DNA of 64,000 nt, taken from the IMG/VR virus record IMGVR_UViG_3300037454_000906, positions 1-64,000 of that record, one strand, 5' to 3'. A program made the position numbers and the translations under genes. This document shows, one piece after another, positions 1 through 9,584 of this stretch (position 1 is its first letter; the number at the start of each line of letters is the position of its first letter). The DNA comes from a virus. Under the pieces are notes generated by a model. It searched no databases. It was given only the letters and a program-made list of their open reading frames with translations, and was not told where the DNA came from.

Positions 1-471
1 ATCGAACCGAACACGGTCAACGTCATAACCATTTCCGACGCGGTAATTGACGAAACGGTCGAAATCATCGAAACTGTTAACGGAGATACTATCCGTCACC
101 ATTATGGCCAGGCCGACAGCCCAATCCCGACCAACATCACCGGGATAGATTTAACTATCGTCGGTGACGGGCGCCTGACGCGGTACCTCCCGGAATCCAA
201 GGTGATGATTCGCAACTCCACAACGATGAAGTTCATCCCGAACATACTGCCAACATCAGACCCGAATGACCCGTCCACACTGGTCGAGGGCAACATCGAC
301 ACTACTGCCGGTACATCGGTCGACCTCTACATCGATTCGCACAAAATCGGTACGATTGCACCGGATGAAGTCTATGTCATTGACCTCGCTGGGCCGGTAT
401 ATGAACTGAAGAAGGTAAATGGAGGCGGAATTATCCTACCGGAACCGCCTCCCCCAGCTGTCCAATCCTAA
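1..471 (+). CDS. 3' part of a hypothetical protein truncated by the window edge
   Basis: Frame 1 is open from base 1 (IEPNTVNVITISD...) through the listed 202..471 ORF to the TAA at 469-471. Confidence 0.7.
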   Translation: MEPNTVNVITISDAVIDETVEIIETVNGDTIRHHYGQADSPIPTNITGIDLTIVGDGRLTRYLPESKVMIRNSTTMKFIPNILPTSDPNDPSTLVEGNIDTTAGTSVDLYIDSHKIGTIAPDEVYVIDLAGPVYELKKVNGGGIILPEPPPPAVQS

Positions 472-497
472 TAAACAAGTTTAAACAGGAGCATAAT

Positions 498-896
498 ATG
501 CAAAATCAGCAACCGAAAAAGCGGATTACCGCCGAGGAACGCAAAGCAGTCAACAAAGCTATCTTCGATGCCATCTTCAGGAAGGGCCTCAAGGGTGTCG
601 ACAAGGCCCTAAAATCCGGTAAGGTCCCTCTCGAAACCGTAGACAAGGACGGTACCAAGAAACCCGTCGACAAGGAGAAGGTCAGTACCTTCATCGAGGG
701 TCTACTGAAGCGCCAGGAGACGTTCCGGAAGAACTTCGATGAACTCCGGAAGGAAGGCATCCGCCGGCATCGCGAAGCCTTCGGACCCCATTTCCACCAC
801 AAGGACAAGGCCAAGGAGGAATCTAAGGCCGAGGCCGTGAAGGAAGAGGTCAAGGTCGAGGAAACCAAGGTCGAACAGGCCGACGAGAAAAAGTAA
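498..896 (+). CDS. Hypothetical highly charged protein (132 aa)
   Basis: AGGAG RBS upstream; K/E-rich; followed by a hairpin. Confidence 0.75.
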   Translation: MQNQQPKKRITAEERKAVNKAIFDAIFRKGLKGVDKALKSGKVPLETVDKDGTKKPVDKEKVSTFIEGLLKRQETFRKNFDELRKEGIRRHREAFGPHFHHKDKAKEESKAEAVKEEVKVEETKVEQADEKK

Positions 897-908
897 TTTT
901 CCTCCCAT

Positions 909-944
909 ACGGAAACACGCGGCGACCACCGCGTGTGTTTCCGT
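909..944. terminator. Hairpin between convergent genes, probable terminator
   Basis: ACGGAAACACGCGG-cgacca-CCGCGTGTGTTTCCGT imperfect inverted repeat at the +/- convergence point. Confidence 0.6.
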
Positions 945-969
945 GCAACAGAACTGGCCGCAATAGCGG

Positions 970-1416
970 CTATTTCTCTGTCGTGAAGTTGTCCCTTATG
1001 TAGTTGATTGCACCACCCATCTCCTTCCGGAACCGTTCGAGCTCCTCACGCACCTCTTCGTCGGTACATACTTTCGTCTTTGGGCCGAGCTTGAGCGAAT
1101 GGGTCGACTTCTGACGGTACAGTCTGAGACCGTCAAGATACGTGTACGAGAACTCGCAGTCACACACGCAATATATCTCGGGGTCGCTTCCATCCATGAT
1201 GTAGCTGCTGAAGTTCACTTCAGCCAGTTGCTTCACGTGATAATAGTCATGACTGATGCCAGATTGCACGTGCACCCACTTTCCTTCGAATTTTTCGGCA
1301 GCTTTCCTCACCACGACATCAGCAATCTGTTTCTTGAGGTCGTCCAACTGTCCGAACAGATTCTTCACTTCGTTGTCCGTCTTGGCTACGGGCGTCTTCT
1401 TGAGTTCCTCAACCAT
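970..1416 (-). CDS. Hypothetical protein (148 aa)
   Basis: GAGGA RBS; co-directional with the block. Confidence 0.7.
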   Translation of the reverse strand: MVEELKKTPVAKTDNEVKNLFGQLDDLKKQIADVVVRKAAEKFEGKWVHVQSGISHDYYHVKQLAEVNFSSYIMDGSDPEIYCVCDCEFSYTYLDGLRLYRQKSTHSLKLGPKTKVCTDEEVREELERFRKEMGGAINYIRDNFTTEK

Positions 1417-1593
1417 GTTTATCCTCGTGTGTTATCTGCACCAGTGTATTCCTTATTCTCTACTTCGTAGAGTTCGAAGTTGGAGCTAGTCGCAATCTTG
1501 TCGTAGCAGGAGTTGAAAAAAAAATCTTGCTCAAACGCTGGGCGACTTCCATGTTTGAAGGTCGGCTATATTCCAGTAGTTGTTTTACGTTCA

Positions 1594-2007
1594 TCACATT
1601 GCCTCGAATACAAGAGTCTTGAAGATATCCCAGTTGGCGTCAATCTGCTGGTAGATGTCTATTTTCCGTTCGGTTTTGGTGTCGGGCCATCCAGTGACGA
1701 TGACCTCGTACTCGCATTTAGCCCAGAAGAAGTACATGCACTTGCGGCGAAGCTCTATTTCAAGAAGATCGTCGGGCGTATATTTTTTCTTGCGCTTCTT
1801 GTCGTCCCATATCATCTGGTCGATGAGTTTCTGGTACTTTTCATCGTCCTTTCCATAAGCGGCATTCAGTTTCTTTTTGAGCTTTTTGAGGGCGTCAATA
1901 AGTGAGCTGAGTTGTCCGAATTCAAATATGTTCTTGAACTGGATACCATCCCCATATTCATTGTAGATTACGAGAAATGACGGTTTCTTTGCATGGTTCT
2001 TTTTCAT
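1594..2007 (-). CDS. Phage-type hypothetical protein (137 aa)
   Basis: GGAGG RBS; aromatic motif YFFWAKCEYE...WP...KIDIYQQI resembles hypothetical proteins I recall from gut phages (not searched). Confidence 0.7.
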   Translation of the reverse strand: MKKNHAKKPSFLVIYNEYGDGIQFKNIFEFGQLSSLIDALKKLKKKLNAAYGKDDEKYQKLIDQMIWDDKKRKKKYTPDDLLEIELRRKCMYFFWAKCEYEVIVTGWPDTKTERKIDIYQQIDANWDIFKTLVFEAM

Positions 2008-2021
2008 GTTGCCTCCTGTCT

Positions 2022-2672
2022 CTAGAAGTCCTTTAACCGGTGAGCCATTGGCATAGGCTCCATGTTCATCATTGCCGTGGCGTAGAAATCTTGAAAATCG
2101 GGAACATACGACGGAAGAAAATTGGGCTCCAACCCAGTCTTATCGAAATAGGAGTCCTTTACGAACGTGCAATACATCGTATTGAAGTCATCGCGGGATT
2201 CTGGCCCAACAATTGGTCTTTCGTACCTGTGGGTGCCACTGTAATTACCGACCTGTTTCCATTCGGTAGTCCAGCATTCCTGCGGGAATTTGACTGTACC
2301 TTCAACCTTGGCGCACACGATTGTAAGGAACAGCCTGTCGGCATACGGCATGGCCGCCCTGTAAGCGGATGCCCCGCCAATGACGAAAAGCTCGGTCTCG
2401 CCGGCATCCTCGGCAATCTTGATTGCCTCCTCTACGGAAGCGACCGTAGTGCAACCCTCGGCCTTGAAGTTCGTGTCGCGGGTAAGTATGAGGTTGATTC
2501 GGTCAGGCAACGGTCTACCGATATCCTCGTAGTTCACCCGTCCCATCAGGACATGGTGTCCCGACGTAATCCGCTTGAACCGTTTCAGGTCCGAACCGAT
2601 ATGCCAGGGGAGGTGGCCGTTGTTCCCGATAACCAAACCGGGAGTCATTGCAACAATCATTGAGATAATCAT
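2022..2672 (-). CDS. folA: Dihydrofolate reductase with C-terminal extension
   Basis: MIISMIVAM..VIG..GHLPWH..SDLKRFKRIT....LMGR..YE.IGRPLPDR.NLILTR and LFVIGGASAY motifs; ATG at 2672 lies 5 nt from the thyA stop. Confidence 0.93.
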   Translation of the reverse strand: MIISMIVAMTPGLVIGNNGHLPWHIGSDLKRFKRITSGHHVLMGRVNYEDIGRPLPDRINLILTRDTNFKAEGCTTVASVEEAIKIAEDAGETELFVIGGASAYRAAMPYADRLFLTIVCAKVEGTVKFPQECWTTEWKQVGNYSGTHRYERPIVGPESRDDFNTMYCTFVKDSYFDKTGLEPNFLPSYVPDFQDFYATAMMNMEPMPMAHRLKDF

Positions 2673-2676
2673 AACG

Positions 2677-3489
2677 CTATACCGCCACGGGGGCCTTGAT
2701 TGCCGGCCACGGATCATAATCGGCCAGTTCGAAATCCTCGAACTTGAATCCAAATATGTCCTTTACTTCCGGGTTGATTTTCATGGTGGGAAGTGGCCGG
2801 GGTTCCCTGGAAAGCTGCAGATTGGCCTGTTCAAAGTGGTTGTTGTACAGATGCAGGTCACCGAAGGTATGGACGAACTCGCCCGCCTCGTACTCGCACA
2901 CCTGCGCGAGCATCATTGTCAGCAGTGAATACGAGGCGATGTTGAACGGAACCCCAAGGAACATGTCGGCGCTGCGCTGGTAAAGCTGGCAACTGAGCTT
3001 GCGCTTGCCGCTTGCGCCCTCGCCGCCCACGTAGAACTGGAAAAGGCAGTGGCAGGGTGGCAAGGCCATCTTGTCCACGTCGGCCACGTTCCACGCGCAC
3101 ACGATGTGGCGGCGGGAATCCGGGTTGTTCTTGAGGCTGTCCACGAGGTTCGCAATCTGGTCGATGTGGCCCCCGTCCGGGGTGGGCCAGCTGCGCCACT
3201 GGTGGCCGTAGACCGGGCCCAGGTCGCCGTTCTCGTCGGCCCATTCGTCCCAGATGGTTACGTTGTTATCGCGGAGGTATTTTATGTTCGTGTCGCCTTT
3301 CAGGAACCACAGGAGTTCGTGGATGATGGAACGCAGGTGAAGTTTCTTGGTGGTCAGGCAGGGGAACCCCTTGGAAAGGTCGAACCGTATCTGGCGTCCG
3401 AACACGCTGCGGGTACCCGTGCCGGTGCGATCGGGACGGTCAACCCCGTTGTCGATGATGTCGTGAAGGAGGATGAGATAGTCTTTCAT
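2677..3489 (-). CDS. thyA: Thymidylate synthase ThyA
   Basis: DRTGTGT, ELLWF, IWDEWA, LGPVYG.QWR, PDSRR, MALPPCH (catalytic Cys), [26 protein letters not shown] motifs. Confidence 0.98.
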   Translation of the reverse strand: MKDYLILLHDIIDNGVDRPDRTGTGTRSVFGRQIRFDLSKGFPCLTTKKLHLRSIIHELLWFLKGDTNIKYLRDNNVTIWDEWADENGDLGPVYGHQWRSWPTPDGGHIDQIANLVDSLKNNPDSRRHIVCAWNVADVDKMALPPCHCLFQFYVGGEGASGKRKLSCQLYQRSADMFLGVPFNIASYSLLTMMLAQVCEYEAGEFVHTFGDLHLYNNHFEQANLQLSREPRPLPTMKINPEVKDIFGFKFEDFELADYDPWPAIKAPVAV

Positions 3490-3546
3490 GAGATAATTCC
3501 GGTGTGTAAGTGTGATTTTTTGATATTTTTTGCGGTATTCCGGGCC

Positions 3547-4479
3547 CTAGTTAGCCGGGGCGCCATCGAAGAGGATGTTCCCTAGCGTTTCCAGAAACTC
3601 GTCCTTCTCGGCGGTGGGGATTATCTGCCCAGCGGCGCCGGGATGTCCACCCCCGCCGCGCCCCATCTCGCGGAGGGTCTTGCCGAGGTCAATGCCATCG
3701 AGGCTCGTCCGAAATTCCAGCTTCGTCATGCCCGGCGTGCATTCGGACGTACCGCAGATTACTAGCCAGTTGTAATGTTCGACAAGACGCAAAGTGATGT
3801 CGCTCATATACCGGCTCGCCTCGATGTAATAGCCATCGTGGGGGAGGGGATGCTGGACGCAGTTGCTGATGTACCGGTCAACCTCGCGGTCATGCGAGGC
3901 CAGCAGTTCCCTGGCATCGTCGGGGAGATTGTACTTGTCCATGCCGCACATGAAGCGTTTCATGAACTTGTTGAACCCATACGAGTACATGAGCGTGTTG
4001 AGATTATCGGATAGGGGCACCATTTTTCGAAGCCAAAGATCGTGGTCCTGGGTCACCTCGCATAAGGTCCGGAGGTGTTCGAGGTTCACGAATTTTGAAA
4101 AATATTCTAGGGCTACCATCGCGCCACACTTTCCGGTTTCGATCACGTATGCGCCGGACATGTCCTCGCGAATATCCGTCCTTGGATGGTGGTCGATTAC
4201 GAGATACGGCTTCCCGGTAGAATGTACCATCTGGATCAGCTGCTCATCGGGGTAAAAATCGGTAAAGATAATTCCATCGAACTTGGCGGTCCTGATGATC
4301 TGCAATGCGCTGTCGTAGTAGGATGTGCCCGCGTAGTTTACTCGATTCACCCTGGCTTTAGGGTATACGGTCTTTATCACTATCCCGGACACCGCGCCGT
4401 CGAGGTCGGTGTGGGTTAGGTTGAGGATGTTCAGATCCCGCATGTTTGGCCCGGTAAAAAATTTTTCGATTCGTTCCAT
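3547..4479 (-). CDS. DHH/DHHA1-family phosphoesterase
   Basis: THTDLDG, IFTDF, VIDHH, DHDLW and C-terminal GGGGHPGAAG motifs. Confidence 0.88.
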   Translation of the reverse strand: MERIEKFFTGPNMRDLNILNLTHTDLDGAVSGIVIKTVYPKARVNRVNYAGTSYYDSALQIIRTAKFDGIIFTDFYPDEQLIQMVHSTGKPYLVIDHHPRTDIREDMSGAYVIETGKCGAMVALEYFSKFVNLEHLRTLCEVTQDHDLWLRKMVPLSDNLNTLMYSYGFNKFMKRFMCGMDKYNLPDDARELLASHDREVDRYISNCVQHPLPHDGYYIEASRYMSDITLRLVEHYNWLVICGTSECTPGMTKLEFRTSLDGIDLGKTLREMGRGGGGHPGAAGQIIPTAEKDEFLETLGNILFDGAPAN

Positions 4480-4485
4480 GGACCA

Positions 4486-4514
4486 AATATAGCAAAGCCG
4501 GCGCCTTTCGGCAA
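4486..4514 (-). promoter_or_regulatory. Sigma70-type promoter for the DHH-thyA-folA block
   Basis: TTGCCG (4514-4509), 17 nt, TATATT (4491-4486); overlaps a GCCGG...CCGGC hairpin. Confidence 0.6.
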
Positions 4515-4539
4515 CCGGCTTGTCCGTTATACGGCGTGA

Positions 4540-7439
4540 TTACATGCCGTCCCCATCATCCCACTTCTCGCGATTCTCCATGCACCACCTGACCAGTTCA
4601 CGGCAACGGTCGCCGTAGCCGCAGATGTCCAGGTTAGTCCACACGAAGTCCTTCCAAGCCGCTTCGCCCAGGTCGATGAACTCGCGGAAAAGGGGAATCA
4701 TCATGCGGCCCAGGCGGCTGCCCGTCATGAGTCGGCGGGTGCTGCTGAACGCCGGATCCTTTTCGTAGAGTTCCTTGAAGTTGCACTCGGAAAGGATGTA
4801 GGTGAGCATGCCGAACGGGCCATGCGGGTAACGTTTCAGCGGCTCGGCGACAAACCCGACCGTTTCGATGACCTTGTTCTTCATGCATACGGTAGCATTT
4901 GCGCGGTCGATAACTGCGTTCGCGATTTCGGTAATCGTGGAGAGAAGGAACTTTGCGTTCTCATCATCCTTGGCGGCAAACATTTTGAGCATGAGGAGCA
5001 TGATTTTCGGTGACGCGCCCGAATTCAGTAGCGAGTCCATCTTCTCGACTTCATCCTGCGTGAGTTCGAGATCGAGTGCCTGTTCAAGAGTTATCATATT
5101 CTATTCCTTTTCAAATCAATGGTTTATACCTTCCATCAAGCCTTTGTGTATAGCGAGTTCAACAATACACTGGCCTTCAGATACGATGGTGCGTTCATTC
5201 ACAGTTTCCCTTGAATTTATTGGCAAGAGCAAGATACTTTCGTTCCAGTCTTGCATAGAATTTGATTGCACCACTATATCCTATACTGTCTGCGTAATTT
5301 ATTTCAGCTCGGCTGTATTTTGCTAAATTCAGGCACCGCCTGTACTTTTGTTGGGCAAGTTCCTTGAGTGCTTTCTGCCTGGAATGCATGCAGTATAACA
5401 GCGCAGCGAGCGCCAACACCAAGACAACGGGTGTCACAAACCGAATAGAACGGACAACAGCGTAACGAGTGCCGACAACAAGACAGCGGGCATCAAGTAG
5501 AATAGCAATGACATCCACCGCGGATACGTTTCTATGATTATTTCTGCCTTAGGTTTTGGTGGTATTATAACTTTATGCCGTTTCATGTTTTAATTCCCCT
5601 TACGGAAGCCTTCATTGAACATTAGTAGAGGCGGACTGCTTCTTTCGACCCCATGCGGCCCAAACGTTACCGGTTCCTCACTGGTGAACGGATCAATCTC
5701 CATTCCATCATAGCGAATTTTCTTGCACATTATTGTTTCTCCTTGGTCTGCTTAAAGAAAAATGAAATTTTATGTGACTAAATCAAGTCAGCCGTGCTCT
5801 CCAGGGGAGCAACCAGGGTGCGGTGACACGCGGGGCATTCGGTAACCAACGCGAACTTGTGGTAGAACCGCCTGCAACCATAGTCCCAGAAGTGCCCATA
5901 CTGGTACACCTCGTAGTCATGTGCCTCCTTGACGAACGCGGCCCGGCAACTCTTGCACTGAAAGGTCACGATACGGTTCTCTCCAAGTTCTTTCCTGAAC
6001 TGGGGAGAAAGTTCGGCGTCCCGAGCGACCTCGCCGCATGTCTTGACGATTTCATCGATTTTGCTCATTCTTCTTCGCCCTCCTGGACAGGGATACCCAG
6101 CCTGCGCTTATATTGCACAATTTGGGATTCGTTGTATTCATATAGGGGCATGATATTGATATAGCGTCCCCTGTACGTTCGATAGAAATAAGTGACTTCC
6201 TTCAACAGGCGCCGAAGTTCGGACGGGTCATCGGTCGCGCCCTTGACGGCAGCGACGGCCTGATCGATGATCTCCCGCTCGTTATCCAGGTAATCGCATG
6301 ACGATTTTGGTTTCACTCGGTAATCGTATCGGTACATTTCGAATACGTTACCGCCGGTTTCTTTGGATCCGTAGTGTATAGAGAAATCCAGATCGGTGAT
6401 ATCCGCCACATCCTGCCACGGCGTGATTTCCGCTTCATTGAAATCGGTGTCGCCGACAGTCGTAATGAGTTTGCGCCGCTGGATTTTCTTGTCCTCGGCC
6501 ACCGCGGCCAGAATTTTCTTAATTTTTTCCGTGTTCATGTTGGTTCCTCACGAAAGTAGGTAAAGGAATAACAGGAAGAAAAGAACGCCGAGTACCACCA
6601 CGGCAATCTTCTCCTGACTCAATGCGGGCGCTTTCTTCTGCCCCGGTTCACTCAGGTGGTAATAGGGCGACATTCGGATTGACGGCCCGTTCCATATATC
6701 ATCATCTTTCATCATGTTCATCCGCTTCCTTGTCGAGTTCGACAACGTCTACTGGCTCGTCATCGAGTTCGACAACGTCTGCTTTATAGTCATCGGATTT
6801 GTTGGTTTCGGGTTTACCCATGCTGCCGAATACATTCTGCGCATTATCGGCCATGGCCATCCGCACCTTCTCGGTCCTGGCCAGGAAGTCTTCGTCCGTC
6901 AGAACATCTACGAAATTGTGACAATCGAGACGGATTTTCTTGACCACTGTGATGCCCACAACGTCCTGGCTAAAAGCATAGAGTTTTCCGCTTACATAGC
7001 ACTTTTCGGAATATGGATCTTTCCCGTCTGACGTAAGGGATTCAATATGCTGAACCGTTAAAACCTTATATTCCTTGCCATCCTTTGCATCTTGGGTGGT
7101 TGAATTTGGAGCACTCAGTAACAGGTGTTTGTTCAGGAACTTCTTTTTGCCCACCTCCATCCCGAATTCGTCAAGATAGGAGTTGACTTTCTTCTGTGCC
7201 GTCCTTATCTTGTCATTTATTTCCTCTTTCCGTTCCTGGAGGGCCTTGATACGGTAGTTGACGGAACTCAATTCCTCTTCCAACCCGGATAGCTCCTTCC
7301 AGTCGCGGGCGAAAGATTCGAGGTGTCTGTCAAGCACCCTGTTCGCGCAATCCTCGTGTTTGGGCCACCCGGTTTCCCCGCACAGCACCTTCACTTTACC
7401 GATGAAAACGTTCCTTGCGACTTCCTGTTGTTCAGTCAT
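4540..7439 (-). CDS. Block of hypothetical ORFs: 4540..5097, 5195..5518, 5778..6068 (CxxC/CxxC zinc-binding), 6065..6538, 6548..6745 (C-terminal TM), 6702..7439 (coiled coil)
   Basis: Tightly packed co-directional ORFs, several with overlapping stop/start codons and GGAG RBS. Confidence 0.65.
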
Positions 7440-7447
7440 GCTTCCTC

Positions 7448-8218
7448 CTAGACCGCCATGCTTTCGTAGCAGTTAATTGCGCCGAGTTGTTCCTTCATGT
7501 GCTTCATGGCCCTGTTTTTCACCTTGCGGGCCCATTCGTGTGAGCACTTGTGGCTTGCACCCCATTCGCGGGTGGTGACATGTTCATCGGACATGATCAT
7601 CGCCGTCACGGCATCGCGTTCGATTTTCGGGAGGTTGTCGAGGAGGCAGTTCACAATGCGCTCGGTATCCTTGCTGGCCGCAATCTCGGCGGAATCCGGG
7701 TCGCCGGATGACAACGTTTCCATGAGGGTGGAACGCCCATCCTCGTCACCCACGGGGGAATCCCCGGAAATGATGGTGAACGGGCGGGTGACCGTAACAC
7801 GGTTGCCGTTTTCATCTACCGTGAACTTCTTCTTGGGCTTGATAAGGTTTTCGGGGCAGTGTACATCAGAGTCGGCATATATCTCCTTTCTGATGTGGTG
7901 ACCGATGTGCCACTTGTAGTAGCAGCCGAATTCGAAGCCGCGAGAGGTGTCGAAGAGGTCGAGGGCGCGATTGAAGCCGAGGGTGGCGGCGCTCATGAGG
8001 TCGCCGAAGTCACCCGAGTAGGGGTCGGAATCGGGGGAATTGACGTAGCTCATGACCATGGGGATGTACAGGTTAAAGAGCATATCCCTGGAATAGCGGT
8101 CACCCGCCTTGGCCTTGACGATGATGTCCTTCTCGATTTCGGGGGTGCTGATTACTTTCCGGGCAGCCTCATATGCCTGGCTGAGTTGACGGCGGAAGAA
8201 GTCGGGGCATTTGATCAT
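7448..8218 (-). CDS. Sigma70-family RNA polymerase sigma factor (regions 2 and 4)
   Basis: AKAGDRYSRDMLF..YIPMV, DLMSAATLGFNRALDLFDTSRGFEFGCY (region 2); LPKIERDAV...TTREWG...SHEWARKVKNRAMKHMK (region 4 HTH). Confidence 0.8.
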   Translation of the reverse strand: MIKCPDFFRRQLSQAYEAARKVISTPEIEKDIIVKAKAGDRYSRDMLFNLYIPMVMSYVNSPDSDPYSGDFGDLMSAATLGFNRALDLFDTSRGFEFGCYYKWHIGHHIRKEIYADSDVHCPENLIKPKKKFTVDENGNRVTVTRPFTIISGDSPVGDEDGRSTLMETLSSGDPDSAEIAASKDTERIVNCLLDNLPKIERDAVTAMIMSDEHVTTREWGASHKCSHEWARKVKNRAMKHMKEQLGAINCYESMAV

Positions 8219-8301
8219 GTGATGTTCCTCGTTTGGATGTTGCGTTCAAGTTGTTGCGCCTGACCCCACCGCGTTCGGTGGGGGGATTACATGGCGGGGT
8301 C

Positions 8302-9504
8302 TCAGGCGACCGATTTCCCGGCACGTCCCACCTCCGCAAGCATCGCGGAAATGAAGTTCGCGATGTCGGAATCGGACATCCAGCAGCCGTGGAGCCTGGT
8401 TACGCCTCCGGTCGTCTTGAAGAGCATGTCGCCGTTGCCGAGCAGGGATTCCGCGCCCACTTCGTCCAGGATGGTCTTGGAGTCCACCTGCGAGGGGAGG
8501 CGAAAGGCCACGCGGGTGGGAAGATTCGCCTTTATTGTTCCGGTGATGACATCCCTGGACGGTCTCTGGGTAGCGAGAACCAGATGGATGCCCGCGGCAC
8601 GGGCCTTGGCGGCCAGGCGGGCGATGCTCGCCTCCATGCCCGCTCGGTCCTGCGCCATGAGGTCGGCCACCTCGTCAATGACCACAACGATGCGCTTCAT
8701 GTACCGCGAGTAGTCGTTCCCCACCTGGGACATGTAGTTCCCGATCGTACGGATGGGGAAGCCGAGCCGTGAGGTCATCTCGGTGAACCTGCCGTAGCGG
8801 TATTCCATGGTGTTGACCAGGGATTCCAGTACCTTTACCGCCTCACCCGCGTCGTTGATTACGCGGACATTGGGGAGCGCGGCGTAGCTCTGCATTTCGG
8901 TGCCCTTGGGGTCCACTAGCACCATGTCCAGTTCGCAAGGATTGTTGTTCATCAGCAGGTTGCAGATGATGGAGTTCAGGAAAACGCTCTTACCCGAACC
9001 GGTCTGGCCAGCCACGAGCATGTGCGGTGCCTTGGCGAGATCAAATGCGACACGGTTGCCGACGATATCCACGCCCATGCCGATTTCGGTGGAGCCAAAA
9101 CGCATGGGGCCGCAGGAAACCGGAAGAACAATTTGGTGACAGGGGACAACGGCGCGCACGGCGTTGGGAACCTCGATGCCGATGCAACCCTTGCAGCACT
9201 CGATTCGGATGGACTTCTTCGGTACACCGATGCGCATCGCAATGTCTTCGAGGTTGTTGCGGATGTTTCGTACGCGTACCCCGTCACTCACGGATACGAG
9301 GTAACGGGTGATTACCGGTCCGCTCTCGGTACCGACCACGGATGCGTCGAGATGAAGGTCGTGCAGCGCCCGGTTGAGCTCGACCGTGCGATCTTCTGCA
9401 GTGGGAAGATTGCCCTCCTCGGTCGTGGAGCGGATGGCTCCCCAGAGCTTACGGCTGGTTTTCCTGCGCCAGTCGTCGATACGGGCGTATTCGAGCTTCA
9501 TCAT
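8302..9504 (-). CDS. FtsK/SpoIIIE-family DNA translocase (alpha and motor domains only)
   Basis: GPVITRY and IGIEVPN (alpha domain); APHMLVAGQTGSGKS Walker A; DPKG.E; VVVIDEVADLM Walker B; RAAGIHLVLATQRPS; AESLLGNGDML. Confidence 0.95.
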   Translation of the reverse strand: MMKLEYARIDDWRRKTSRKLWGAIRSTTEEGNLPTAEDRTVELNRALHDLHLDASVVGTESGPVITRYLVSVSDGVRVRNIRNNLEDIAMRIGVPKKSIRIECCKGCIGIEVPNAVRAVVPCHQIVLPVSCGPMRFGSTEIGMGVDIVGNRVAFDLAKAPHMLVAGQTGSGKSVFLNSIICNLLMNNNPCELDMVLVDPKGTEMQSYAALPNVRVINDAGEAVKVLESLVNTMEYRYGRFTEMTSRLGFPIRTIGNYMSQVGNDYSRYMKRIVVVIDEVADLMAQDRAGMEASIARLAAKARAAGIHLVLATQRPSRDVITGTIKANLPTRVAFRLPSQVDSKTILDEVGAESLLGNGDMLFKTTGGVTRLHGCWMSDSDIANFISAMLAEVGRAGKSVA

Positions 9505-9584
9505 TGGTCATCTCCGTGGTTGAATGTTTCGGGTTAAACGAAGTGCCGCCGGGCTCCACAGGGCGTGGGAAGCCGGCAACACGG

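Noticed and set aside
1516-1524. A9 run in a possible small ORF (MNVKQLLEY...) between 1416 and 1594
   Set aside because: Both frames give short plausible peptides and there is no way to tell which is real, so phase variation is unsupported.
6749-6790. Short duplicated segment encoding DVVELDDEPVDVVELDKE
   Set aside because: A two-copy low-complexity tail with no evidence of function.
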